Source of the DNA: Octopus sinensis
Lineage: Eukaryota
Reading direction: 5' to 3'
DNA length: 53,603 nucleotides
Assembly (NCBI RefSeq): GCF_006345805.1
Contig: NW_021835770.1
Coordinates: 1 to 53,603, forward strand
Shown here: positions 25,373-38,547 of the stretch, in pieces
How positions within the stretch are numbered: position 1 is the first letter of the stretch
Layout: each line of letters opens with the position of its first letter
Position numbers and translations under genes: made by a program
The notes under the pieces: model-generated
The model's input: only the letters and a program-made list of their open reading frames with translations
Databases searched by the model: none
What the model was told of the DNA's origin: nothing

Positions 25373-26608
25373 TTATGACTCATCCACAAAATAACTTGTG
25401 CCCGCATCCTCTGCCATCCTCCACGCCTCTTCCAAAACCGCATCGAGTTCCGTGTTAGCGTTGCCCGGGAACAAGCGATATTCTTCATTGAGCTCCTCCA
25501 GCTCAAACGTCACATCGAACGTCGTGGCCTCCACAGTTATCTGCGGAGGCCATTCGGGGTCCTGTGTGAAGGCTGAAGGTGCTCCCTTATGGTGCTTTTC
25601 CATCATCTTTTCAATTTCTCCGCCTCTATGGAAGAAGATCAATACATCGTCTTTCCCCGGGGGCGGGATATTCAATTCTTTCATTGGCGGCACAGTTCCC
25701 GCCAACGGTATTTCTTCTCCTGTCGGTGGCACAACCCCAACCGACGTAGTTCCGGGACATTCCGGTACTATGTCACCGACTGCCGGTAATGTCCCGTTTC
25801 TCTACCTCTTTTTCTTTTTTTTCTTTTCAACTGAGGGAGGGTGCGTCTCCTCCGTGGCCGGAAGATTCGCCTTTCCCTCCTCATCCCTAGTATCCTTTGG
25901 TGAGCACCCAGTACGCAACTGCTACTTAATTTATCGACACCGAAAGGATGAAAGGCAAAGTGTACACTAACATATCATTCTCCTGCAGCTCCACCCCTTC
26001 CGCAATAGAGATAATGATAAAGGCGGCGAGCTGGCAGAAACGTTAGCACGCCGGGCGAAATGCTTAGCGGTAATTCGTCTGCGTTACGTTGTGAGTTCAA
26101 ATTCCGCCGAGGTCGACTTTGCCTTTCATCCTTTCGGGGTCGATAAATTAAATACCAGTTTACGAACTGGGAGTCGATGTAATCGACTTAATACCTATGT
26201 ATGTCCTTGTTTGTTCCCTCTGTGTTTAGACCCTTGTGGGTAATAAAGAAATAGGTACTATGTCACCGACTGCCGGCAATGTCCCGTTTCTCTTCCTCTT
26301 TTTTTTCTTTTCAACTGAGGGAGGGTGCGTCTCCTCCGTGGCCGGAAGATTCGCCTTTCCCTCCTCATCCCTAGGATCCTTTGGTGAGCACCCATTGTTG
26401 CTCACCTTCTTCCTCTTTCGGCCCCTGTTTGAGGAGTCCTCCGCTTCCTCGGCCGTCTTCATCCCCTCTTCTACAGGGTTTCACTTAACTGCTCCGGGAT
26501 CTTATTTTGTTCCCGGGGACAGTTTTTCTTTATATGGCCGGACTCCAGGTACCGATGACACATGGGGGGACGACCCTCAAGTATCACCGGATACCTGCAC
26601 CCGGCCAT
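25373..26608 (-). pseudogene. LINE ORF1/gag-like protein with degenerate CCHC knuckle, interrupted
   Basis: MAGCRYPVILEGRPPMCHRYLESGHIKKNCP, 1-nt frameshift into MKTAEE...GDIVP, continuing in ORF 25373-25732 once the insertion is removed. Confidence 0.65.
26022..26253 (+). mobile_element. SINE family A, full length
   Basis: ggcggcgagctggcagaaacg...taataaagaaata. Confidence 0.9.
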
Positions 26609-26882
26609 TTTCAAAAAATCTGGAAAAACCAGTAGGGAGAAAGTGGAAAAACAAAAAGGAGGAAGTCAAATAAAGTTTAGAAGAAAGTCAATAGTTCAGG
26701 AACACAGAAAAAAAAAATCTTCCGGCCTAGGTTGAACCCGGAACGCCACAACTGGAACACGACTTCCACAAAAATTGATATACAAATTGTTCAATCTTCA
26801 GAGGCAAAGCACTCCCCCAAACAGCAGTTCTCACAATTATTAAAGTTCTTCGAAAGGCACAATACAAGCAATAATTCTCATA

Positions 26883-28122
26883 CGAGGGGCGTTCAATAAG
26901 TAATGCCCCTGACCCACGAAACTTGGCACAGTTATTAGTCTTTTTCTACATAGGAACCACCCAGAGTTACGCATTTCTCCCATTGTTTGATGCAGCTCTG
27001 GAGACCGTTTTGTGTAGAAGGCCCCAGCTTGGTCCTCCAACCTGACGTGACTTCAGAATCAAGGCTGCATCATCTGGGAACGCTTTCCTTTCAAAAACAA
27101 CTTTGATACTGGGAAGAGGTGAAAATCAGAGGGTGCAAGGTCAGGAAAGTAGAGGGATGGGAGGAGTTCATAGCCATACGCCTGTGCTTCTGATCTGGCG
27201 ACAAGCGAGTTGTGGACCGGAGCGTTGTCTGCGGAGGAGGATGCCTTTGCTGACTTGCCCCGCCTCTTGATTTTGATAACTTCTCTTAATTTCCTCAAAA
27301 GTGAAGCATAATAAGCTCCTGCAATTGTGGTACCCTTTGCCAGGAATCTGTCATCACTACTCCGTCCTGGTCCCAGAAGACTGTGGCATGACCTTGCCAG
27401 CGGAGGGTGCACCCTTGCCTTCTTTGGAGGGGGTGAGTCACGGTGCTTCCACTGCATTGACTGGGCTTTGGTCTCTGGTCATCGTGATGGACCCAGGTTT
27501 TATCCTGTGTTTCAGTCTTTTGAAAATTTTGACTCATCTTCTTGGCACATCTCCAAATTCACCCTCGAGCACTCGACGCTTCTTACTTCTGGAAAGGCGT
27601 GAGCAACCTGGGAATCCATCTGGCAGACACCTTTTGCTATGCAAATGGTCATGAATGATAGTTTCCACAGACCCGGTACTAATCTTGACCTCATGGGCTA
27701 TTTGGCGAATAATTATGCGTCGATCTTCCAAAATGGCAACCTCAATTTGACGGACAGATGCCTCATCAATGGCAGAAGGGGCGACCAGATCTGGGAGCTG
27801 TTCCACAGAGTTCCGACCATGTTTGAATTCACGATGCCAGCGTTTTACAAGGTCATATGATGGGGCATCATCACCATAAGTTACTTCATTTCATCAAAAG
27901 TCTCCCGTGGTGTGCGTCCTTTCAAATACACAAAAACCGATCACTGCTCGACACTCAACAGGCTCCATTTCACACTTGACTCGGTTCAAACACCTGTAAA
28001 TCAGAAACCACAATTAATTCAGAACTTACTCTATAGAGATATAAATGATTGCACATGCAAAATTTCAGCTAGATCAAACAACTGCAAGTGGGTCAGAGGC
28101 ATTACTTATTGAACGTCCCTCG
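26883..28122 (-). mobile_element. Full-length mariner DNA transposon
   Basis: TIRs cgaggggcgttcaataagtaatgcccctgaccca / tgggtcagaggcattacttattgaacgtccctcg, TA duplication on both sides. Confidence 0.95.
26935..27968 (-). pseudogene. Frameshifted mariner transposase
   Basis: MEPVECRAVI..., QDKTWVHHDD, QWKHRDSPPPKK, DNAPVH, YFPDLAPSDFHLF, WEKCVTLGGSYVEKD*. Confidence 0.92.
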
Positions 28123-29198
28123 TAATTAAGTGAGAAAAATATTCACTCAACATAAACCAAAGACGAAACACACCCAAAACAAAAATTCTCACGATTCAGC
28201 GAGAAAAATTATGTGCCCCATGTCGGCAGAGCCAGAATTCTGAATCCAGTAGGAATTCCTGCCTGTACAAAAACAATTCTCAACAAAAATTCCCGCTGGA
28301 CCCAAAAAACAGAATCTTACCTTACAATGGAGCTTCAAAATTTTTCAATTCGAGACGGCTTCAAAAGCATGTCTCATCTCTTTGGTGCCGAACACCACAA
28401 TTATTCGCACATGCGCAGTGGAAGCAAGCTTCTTACCACACAGCCACTTCTGCGCCTACACAGCCACTATACACTATATATGTGTTGTGTGTGTGTGTGT
28501 GTGTGTGTATCACAGTTCACTGACAGAAGTGAATAAAAGTTAAACGATAGAACGTAGCTAGGGACCTGCTATATTTTTGAGGTTTCTCTTTTTTCCTTGT
28601 GTTTTATTAAATTCTAAGAGTTTAATGCCAGAAATTCTATTCCAGAATATCATTGAGTAACGAATGTAACGCAATAATGACGCAAGTCTCATTACTCTCA
28701 ATGACATTAGCTAAAACATGCGCTTCACGACGCTTCCGGGGAAAGTCGTTAGACATACCAGCTTTATACATGCGCTGACGTAACCGTAACTACAGTAGGT
28801 GGTATCTTCCGGAATGTCAAGTCTTGAAATAATTTTTTTGAAGCAAATTTAATGTTGCTTCCATTAATTGTGTTACGTGTTAAAAATGTTACAGATGTAA
28901 ATATGTTCAATATGCTAATTATTTTAATGTATTGAATGTTATCTAAATATGCCGTGTGCTTAAGGAATTTGATTCGCTGTCATGTAGCTTCTTGTTCGGT
29001 CTCTCTGCGCGGCAACTTCGGCAAGTATCTTCTGCTATAACCACGGGCCGATATTGCCATGTGAGTGCATAGGCAAAATGAAATTGTGTTTAAGTACATC
29101 GAATAGCTAGGTATGTATGTATGTATGTATGTATGTATGTATGTATGTATGTATGTATGTATGTATGTATGTATGTATGTATGCATGCATTAATGTGT

Positions 29199-29460
29199 GG
29201 AGGCGCAATTTCCCAGTGGTTAGGGTAGTGAACTCACGGTCGGAGGATCGCGGTTTCGATTCCCAGACCGGGCATTGTGTGTATTTATTGAACGAAAACA
29301 CCTAAAGCTCAATGAGGTTCCAGCAGGGGGTGCTGGCGACCCCTGTTGTACTCTTTCGCCCCAACATTCTGTCACTCTTTCTTCCTGTTTCTTGAGTAAC
29401 GCCGCGAATGATTGGCGTCCCCTCTAGCTGGGGGGAAAACAAACGCCATAGAAACAGGGA
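29199..29460 (+). mobile_element. SINE family C
   Basis: Homologous to 3497-3793. Confidence 0.8.
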
Positions 29461-29499
29461 AAGGATTGAAAAGGGTGCAAAAACAATATATGTATAGAC

Positions 29500-29780
29500 T
29501 TCTTGTCAGTAAAGAAATAGTCATTTTCGAACCTAGATCCAAGGCTCCTTCACTGGAATTTGAACGAGGTATTTTTGTATGTATCTATGTATGTATGCAT
29601 GTATGTATGTTTCGTTTTATGTATATACTAGCTGGTCCCGTGCCCTCAAAAATTACGGCTAATTGTAGAATTTTATATTGAAATAAGGTATACAAACCCA
29701 TAAAACCATACGCTCATTGTTATATTAGGAGATTTTCATGCATATAGTTGCATGCCTAGACATTCTTATATATTTTTTAA

Positions 29781-29840
<60 letters not shown>

Positions 29841-30318
29841 TTTAACTTAAATATAAAATTCTGGAAAGTTTTACAATTTTTTACAGTTCCAGTGACGGAT
29901 TTGATCTGAAGTCTTTGAATCTTTTTTCTCTTGTCTGGTTTTGAGAAGCCTAATTTACATATAATTACAGGAATAAACCTGAACTTGTAATCTCGATTGA
30001 GTAACTGCAGATTTCTGAATAGTTCAGCGTAGGTACTCTATTTTTCACTGATCTTCAGGTTTGTTAAACTCCATTGTACACAGTTTCTCTTCTCTATCCG
30101 AAATCCTTACATCAGGTCTGTTGTGCATACATTTTATTGAGGTTTTCACTGGAACATTCTACCAGTGCTCCTTTATATTATGAGTGGCTATGGCTTCTAC
30201 CATAATGTGGGTTCTTATTTCTTAGGCTCGTGGTTATCATTCCGGCGGTTCTCATTATATAGTGTCCTTGCTACAACATCATGTCTCATCGCTAAATAAT
30301 ACCGTGATGACACCTGTA
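29500..30318 (-). mobile_element. Decayed RLE-type (R4-like) LINE 3' region
   Basis: MRHDVVARTLY...KCMHNRPDV...TYAEL...FRFIPVII; 3' UTR repeated at 10820 and 30490. Confidence 0.75.
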
Positions 30319-30340
30319 AGTACGTACGTACGTATGTATG

Positions 30341-30374
<34 letters not shown>

Positions 30375-30756
30375 TGTATGTATGTATGTATGTATGTATG
30401 TATGTGTGGATGGATGGATGGATGGATGAATGGAACTATCTATCTATCTATCTATCTATCTATTTCATTATTCAATTTTTTTTCACGATTTCTTACCAAA
30501 ATGGACAGAGCCAGTTTCTAACCTAGATCAAATGTTCCTCCATCAGAATTTCAGCATCAACAATAGGGTATGTGTGTATGTATTTGTGTATACGTATGTT
30601 ATGTATGTATATGGATACACACACACGCACACACACATACAGACGCACACGCACATACAGATACAGACGCATACGCACACACACACATATATATATATGT
30701 CCAAGTAAGAGGACAAATGAAAGAAGGGCACTCAATCAATTCATTGTGAGTTACAC

Positions 30757-30887
30757 ATATGGATCAAAATATTTTGGTTCAAGTTCGTTGACACTTTTGA
30801 GTTTCAAGTGCGATGCTAGTCGTCAGCGATTTTGAATCGCATTTGAAACTCAACAGTACTAACGAATTTGAATCAAAATGTTTTGAT

Positions 30888-30893
<6 letters not shown>
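30757..30893. repeat. Imperfect inverted repeat, MITE-like, arms about 58 bp
   Basis: tatggatcaaaatattttgg...gtgcgat / atcgcat...caaaatgttttgatccata. Confidence 0.85.
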
Positions 30894-30927
<34 letters not shown>

Positions 30928-30999
30928 TACATATTGGAAAACTGCCAGAAATCGGTTGAGGACTTTGCCCCGCAGAAGAATTCAATAAGGGCTAATACA

Positions 31000-31040
<41 letters not shown>

Positions 31041-31631
31041 GTGTGTGTGTGTCTGTGTGTATAACACACACACATACATACATACATACATACATACATA
31101 CATACATACATACATACATACATACATACATTTTGTAGAAAGTATGGGCTATTTACGGAGTGCTCCTAGAGAACCAATCCTCAAAAATACAAAGTAGAGA
31201 AAATTGAAAACGTAAATCATAGGCAGTCAACCATATTCCCGAACGCATAAATGAAGATATTTAATCTTAGTAATTGAATCATATAGATTTATGCACATCA
31301 ACATAAATCATGCATGTGCAGGCGTAAAGATTCTCCGAGGGTATAAAGACTAAAAACAAACATACATAAAAATATAGAAGAAATACAAAAGCATATAAAC
31401 ATCCATATAATCCCGTATAAATAAAGATTATATGTAAAGGGTTATGCGTGATAAATATAGGAGGCGCAAAACGAATGAAAGGTTGATAAATATAGGAATA
31501 AAATCGTCTAAATGGCAGAGTGCATAAATCGTCTAAAAATGTCTAATACATCTAAGATATGAGATAGAAGTGATGCAAGATATCAAATTTAGGAACAATA
31601 AATAAAAAGGGCACGAAAAATAGGAGGGTGT

Positions 31632-31719
31632 TCCATCGACGGCCGTTTCAGGGGTACGTTACAGGTCAGTGTTAAAAATTAAAGACTCTATATATGTAAT
31701 GTGCCCATCATTAGGATGA
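31632..31719 (-). ncRNA. Type I hammerhead with one core substitution (CTAATGA)
   Basis: CATC-CTAATGA-T-GGGCACATTACA..TGTAACGTACCC-CT-GAAAC-GGCC-GTC-GATG. Confidence 0.7.
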
Positions 31720-33288
31720 TGTAGTCCTTGGTAGCTGCCACCATACTAATAAAGCAGAATCAAAATTTCCTAATAATATGATTTACGGCTCATATGCAAC
31801 TGATCACATGTTTGCTATTAGCGGATGAGTCCAAATACCTTTCTACTCTACTTCTACGTTTAAGTATGTAAGCAACACAGGCATATCTTAATTGCTAACA
31901 AAGGGTCAGAAGTCGGAATCCAATTAATAAGAAAATTAACGAGACTATATAAATTATTGTAAAAACAACATACATGCATGTTATTTGCTACCAGATAATT
32001 ATAAGGGAAATTTTACTCCATGAAAAACACTAAAAGGGGGGAAAAAAACCTTACGTATAATGAGAAATAAAGGAAATCGTTACTTCGTGGACAAATACCA
32101 CGCAAAGTACATCCTACACTTTTTAAAACGAGAATGGGCATTTTAAGATGCTGCTATGTTGGATGACGTTTGGTTGCAACCAGAAATGTTCATGGTTGGA
32201 AACTATTTAATCATATTGATGTTCGATCATGACTAATCTTAAAACTAAACAACAACAACCCATAAAACATAATAATATCTAAGCTTCGATCTGGGATCAA
32301 AAATCGACCAAAAAAATGTCACTGGCTAATGCAAACCTTAGATTAATCAATTTTCACTAGGAAAAATATGGACTGGAAGACTACAGTGGACATCGGTTTA
32401 TACCAAAAGTTTGTAAACAAATATTGACGAAAAGTTGCTTTTTAAGGTAACACATAGTGTTTAAAAGTACAGGATAAACTAAAACGTAAAATAACTGGGT
32501 ACAATATAAATGTGGGGTGGCGATGGAATACTAAATAAATATGCGAAATAACTGAGAGGATTAAGTTTACAAATAACACGGTTTTATGTGGTTTTTCTAC
32601 CCACATACACACCTGCGCACTGAGTAAAAATAAGAGACAGAGATGTAGTGAGATGCAACGTCAATGAAACAAGCGTATATGCAGAAAATAGATGGATAGT
32701 AAATTTTATAACTACTATATACATTGATCGATATAAATAGATTGATATACATCTATATACACACACTACATCCACGCACACACATTTACTCATATAAACA
32801 TATATATATATATATATATGTATGCTTGCATGAACATATATATATATATATATGTATATATGATTGTATATATATGTAGATATATATATATATGTGTATG
32901 TATATGTATATATGTGTGTATGTGTGTGGACTATATATCTATTATGTGTGTATGTATGTACACAGAGAGAGGAAAAGAGAGATAGAGGGAAACCACAGAA
33001 CTAGATGTCTACCTGCCAGGCTAGTCTGTCTTTCAGCCTCTTTATCCCTCATCCAGGAGTGTCTCTTGGTTATCGTCAATATTTATAACTAATGCAATAA
33101 CCATTAAACTTGTGCAGAAATGTTTTTCCAAGCTGCCAAGGGATATAAAACCAGCTAGGATTAAATTGGACAGTGAGTGTGTGTGTGCATGCATGTGTTT
33201 CATGTGTGATTGTGTGTGCGTGTTTGTGTGTATTCGCATACATGTATTCAGATACACATACACACATAATATACACAAACGTGAACAT

Positions 33289-33324
<36 letters not shown>

Positions 33325-33482
33325 CTATACCAGAGTAGAATGTATTTTCACGTCACGTACGATCGGAAGCACAAGCATGTGTGGGATTATAATGTTTGTG
33401 TACGTGTAAGTATGCTTATATATATATGTGTGTGTGTGTGTATGTGGGTGTGTGGGTGTATGGGTGTCTGTCTGTATCTATA

Positions 33483-33536
<54 letters not shown>

Positions 33537-34339
33537 TATAAGCATATATGCCCATACATATGTGCATATTTTTGTATATACGTTTATATGTATGCATATT
33601 ATAAATATATATTATCCACATGTGGACTTTCTTACAAACATAAACACATGTAACTACAAATACGCACATAAACATATACATACATCCACACGCACACACA
33701 CACACATATGTATATAAGGCTATATACATACTTATTCAAATATAGCATTAGCTTGTATATCTTTATGTTCCAGTATGCATGTGTCCACATCGTATGCATA
33801 GCCACACACACACCACAACACACACACGAAAGAAACATACATGCGTCCACACGCCTTCACACATATCTGCATCTGTAATATATATATTATATATATTATA
33901 TATACATACACCACTATATATATGTATATACATATATATATATATATAATATATATATATATATCTATATATATATTATATTATATATATTATATACACA
34001 GTTTTAAACACTTATGCATGCACGTAGGTGTGCATATCCATACATGTATTTCAATCTTATGTATGTATGTACGTAAGTAAGTATTATGTATGTGTGTATG
34101 TATGTATGTATGTATGTATGTATGTATGTATGTATGTATGTATGTATATATGTATGTATGTGCGTATGTATGCATGTATGTATGTATTGTATACTTGAGC
34201 GAATATATCGAGTGCTTCCATGTACGATTTTAGTACATTTCTATGAAGTTTGTTCTCTTTCGTTTTAATATTAACTTTACTATTTACTACCAAAAGCTTT
34301 CCAGTATTTTTCTGTTCAACAGTTTGATTATAGCAGTTA

Positions 34340-34746
34340 TCTTCTTGTCGTTTCAATCATCGGACTGCAGCCATGGTGGAGCCTCGCTTTGATAGGATTT
34401 TAGTCGAAAGAATAAATTCCAGTACATATGTTACTTATTTTTAAGCATCCTACTCATTCTATCGGTCACTGTTGCCGAAACGCTAAGTTATGATATTGGA
34501 AACGAACCAACATCGTTTGTCATGCATTGGAGGAGGACAATTACAAACACACATGGATAAATGTAGAGAGGGCGAGGAAGTGAAGGAAATGGAGAAAGAG
34601 TGGGGTCAAACAAGTGGTTGAAATATATTTTGGTATTATTCATTCACCATTACACGTGTTCCATTTGCTAACAGATCCTGCAAAATATGCAAATATGCTT
34701 CAAGAAGTCACAGCTTGAATTTTAACTCTATCTATGTTACGACTAT

Positions 34747-34795
<49 letters not shown>

Positions 34796-34990
34796 GCATG
34801 ACGCACACACACACATGTTCATAATGGTGATATGACTTGCATCAAAGCTGTGTCTTGTCTACCAAAACCATTTACAATTTTCAGGTTGGTCCAGGTCTAT
34901 AAAACAAGATACTCGCTCAAGGTACCATGCAGTGGGACCGAACCCAAAACCTTGTGATTGGGAATCAATGTTCTTACCATACAGTGCTGT
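34340..34990 (-). mobile_element. SINE family B, diverged, halves separated by about 300 bp
   Basis: Tail at 34340-34550, head at 34850-34990. Confidence 0.6.
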
Positions 34991-35316
34991 CTATAGCTAT
35001 ATATGTTTTTTGTTTCCATGGTTTTTTGTTTCTGTCTTCGTTCTACTCTCGGATATTCTGATCATCGTATTTGGACCATTCTGTCTGATGCCTCTCCAGC
35101 TGTTTCTAGTCGGCGCAGATAATTGTATTAAATTAAAAATTTGTAATTTATGGTATTTGTTTATGGTGTTCAAATCCACGTTACTGGCTAATCAAAGTTA
35201 TTTCCGTTAGCTTATCTCTGAATAAATCATGCCAATTATGTGGGACATATACACTTTCTATTCTTTTTTTGACGATTTCTAAGTCCTTTGGTTACTGGAG
35301 AAAAAGTCAGGTCAAT

Positions 35317-35359
35317 GTCGTGCCGATGACACCTATTGAGGTAGAAACATATACGCGAC
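35317..35359 (+). ncRNA. Minimal type I hammerhead-like motif (core CCGATGA)
   Basis: GTCGTG-CCGATGA-C-ACCT-ATTG-AGGT-A-GAAAC-AT-ATA-CGCGAC; 6-bp helix I. Confidence 0.65.
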
Positions 35360-35531
35360 TGCTTTCTTTTGTCTAAGCAAGAAGCCTGAAATTACTACAC
35401 ATCCACTAAAGGCAGAGATGATTATAATACACGAAGAATTTCTCTTATGGCACTTGGTGTCTTTTATTTGCGTATTTCGCTTTAATCATTTTCAACCATA
35501 CCAATTTGTCTCTTTATCTACCTATCTATTG

Positions 35532-35566
<35 letters not shown>

Positions 35567-35621
35567 GACACACACACACACGCACACACACACGCATATA
35601 TATATATATATATATATATAT

Positions 35622-35900
35622 ACAGGGGAGGATTCACGAAAAAGAAAAGGACGAAACAGGTGGTGTAGGAAACAAACAGATGTATTAGTATAACGCTCGG
35701 GAATTGAAAAAAGTCTTTAACCTTTCGAGCCTACGCTCTTCCACAGAACGGAACGCACAAAGAAACAAGGAGAGAAAATAATGTGTGTAGTGGCTACCGA
35801 TCTTTCATGGCGGATGCCGGACAGAAGTGTCACACAGGAGAGCTAAGAAGTAAGGGAGATAACAAAGTAGTAGAGATCCCAAAACGAAGGTTCGCGTATG
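35622..35900 (-). mobile_element. Penelope-like terminal fragment with a decayed hammerhead (35716-35748)
   Basis: Reverse complement CTGTGGA-A-GAGC-GTAG-GCTC-GAAAGGTT-AAA; abuts (TA)n. Confidence 0.55.
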
Positions 35901-36021
35901 TGTAAGAGAGTACTTATGTGCGTGTGTTTATGTGTAGGTGTGAAGATACACATTCATACATAAATAAATACATATATACATACAACACCCACACATAGAT
36001 ATATATATGTATATATGTATA

Positions 36022-36076
<55 letters not shown>

Positions 36077-36764
36077 TATATAAATGTATATAGATAACAT
36101 ATACATTTAATGTAATTATGCGCGCGCGTGTACACTCACATACGCACATACACACACACAGAATATCACGAACACGCAAATAACTGAATCAGCAGAATCT
36201 TAATTTTAGTACTATTTCCATTTTCACGTGAAAACCTTTTTGCATTTATAATTAACTGATCTCGAATTTCCTTTTCATCGCTAGTCGTTGTGACTAGCGG
36301 ATGCGCGAAACTCAGTACATCGACGCGAAGAAGTCACACATTGCCACACATGAATAAATACTACCATATGTTGTTCGTCACTCACCCCGTTTTTCATTTC
36401 AAACGCATTTCGAATGTATACGCATCGTTAATGCCGTGATCTTCGTGATTAGCTCGTTGGAAACCTGCAATCAGCGGCGCTATTGTTCCCAATAAATGAT
36501 ATAACGCTATATACATACACATGCGCACGTATACACTAACACATTTCGTATATTGCTAGATACGCACATTCATGTTATTATATTATGCTTGTATTGATGT
36601 GTGAGTATATATCCATGTGTATATATATTTGTGTATATGAAATATATATAGATATATGTGAGTGTGTGTATGTTCGTAAGTGTATATATATATATATGTA
36701 TATATATATACATATATGCATGTGTGTATGTAGGCATATATATAAGTATATATATATATACGTA

Positions 36765-36824
36765 TATAGATAGATAGATATGCAGGTAGACAGATAGATA
36801 GACAGATTGATTGATTGATTTATT

Positions 36825-36893
<69 letters not shown>

Positions 36894-36988
36894 ATGATAG
36901 ATAGATAGATGGATAGATAGATAGATAGATAGATAGGTAGGTAGTAGGTAGATAGATAGATAGATAGATAGATAGATATTAGATAGAT

Positions 36989-37074
<86 letters not shown>

Positions 37075-37083
37075 GGATAGATC
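36765..37083. repeat. (GATA)n microsatellite
   Basis: direct reading. Confidence 0.95.
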
Positions 37084-37568
37084 AATGCCTCTGGTTAGTC
37101 ATAGTTCGTTCTTTTCTCTCCATGTTCTGCAGTTCCCTCTCTTTCTCCTGATTCTTCTAAATCAATCTATGTAACGTGTATTTGCACATCAGATCGATCA
37201 ATATTTCCACATATGATTGGAAACCACACACCACACAGACAAATAAATCACATCCAGTATCTTATTAAACATGCCTCAAATCTGCATATATCTAATTGAT
37301 CTTCATCATCTTGTACTGCCATCGGTACATATATCTAACTGATCTGCATAAAGTTACGCTGACTCCGGCATGTAGAGTGACGAACATCAATAAGGACGAA
37401 GTGTAACGTAACCCTAGTTACTACAACTTCCATTCATCTCGAGGTTTTTCAATGGAATGCTGTACACTGACTTACCTTTTCGTTGAATTACAGCATCAAC
37501 AATTTTATCCCAGTGTCACTTTAATGGCATGCACTGCTCTCTCAATAGTAATAATAATAATAATAATA

Positions 37569-37609
<41 letters not shown>

Positions 37610-37710
37610 TAATAATAATAATAATACGGGAAGACACTCGGCAAGAAATGGAAGCAAATGTGAAAGAAGAAAAAAAAATAATAATAAAAATAATAATGAT
37701 AATAATAATA

Positions 37711-38143
37711 AATGCCCTGATGCGGTACCAGGCAGTGGATCTCGTGGCTTCTGATCTTAACTGTTTGGAAGTGTTATCACGTAATTTATTTTGTCATGGT
37801 ATAAAAGATGGGCTACAGCAAATATTCTGCTCAATACCACACATCAGCTTGTCAGTTGTTTGATCTGAACCAGTTGAGCATGTCAGTTCGTTCAACATCC
37901 TTAAACAACTCTTATTCAGGGACCTTTTGAGCGAGATGGGTTACCCGACCAGAAGAAAATTCTAACTGGACCCCACCTGCAAGGTTACGTGCTCTTTATC
38001 TTGATATGAGATTACCATGTCGCGCACATATGGTTGTGATGCATGTGCCTAGTGTACCCTTATCAGACGGGTAGTCATGATGGGTATACTGGGTTTCATA
38101 TATTTTACCCCAGTGTCACTTTAATGGCATGCACTGCTCTCTC
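37711..38143. mobile_element. Non-coding interspersed repeat embedded in (AAT)n/(AAC)n
   Basis: Terminal cccagtgtcactttaatggcatgcactgctctctcaata also at 37503-37546. Confidence 0.55.
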
Positions 38144-38146
38144 AAT

Positions 38147-38220
<74 letters not shown>

Positions 38221-38243
38221 GAATAAGAATAATAGTAACATAG

Positions 38244-38412
38244 GGCGGCGAGGTGGTAGAATCGTTAGCACGCCGGGCGAAATGTTTAGTGGGATTACAT
38301 CTGCCGTTACGTTCAGAGTTGAAATTCAGCGAAGGTTGACACAGCCTTTCATCCTTTCGGAGTCGATAAAATAAGTACTAGTTACGCACTGGGATCGATG
38401 TAACCGACTTAA
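38244..38412 (+). mobile_element. SINE family A, 3'-truncated
   Basis: Head and core present. Confidence 0.8.
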
Positions 38413-38508
38413 AACCTTTGTCTCTCTCTCTCTCTCTCACTCACACACACACACACACACGATGCATTCATTTCCAATTATATATATATATATATGTGTG
38501 TGCGTGTG

Positions 38509-38547
<39 letters not shown>

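Larger units (their letters stand above)
24833..28421 (-). mobile_element. Non-autonomous ORF1-only (HAL1-like) retroelement carrying a nested mariner and SINE
   Basis: 13-bp TSD, zinc-knuckle ORF, no RT recognisable, 3' end aatgaaata. Confidence 0.65.

Noticed and set aside
25398-25970. 190-aa plus-strand ORF
   Set aside because: Antisense shadow of the ORF1-like frame
32106-32480. Weak inverted ends and a DEK-like motif suggesting a Tc1 relic
   Set aside because: Too degenerate to support
35065-35215. Minus-strand GAAACAGCTGGA half-hammerhead
   Set aside because: No convincing CTGANGA or helix I
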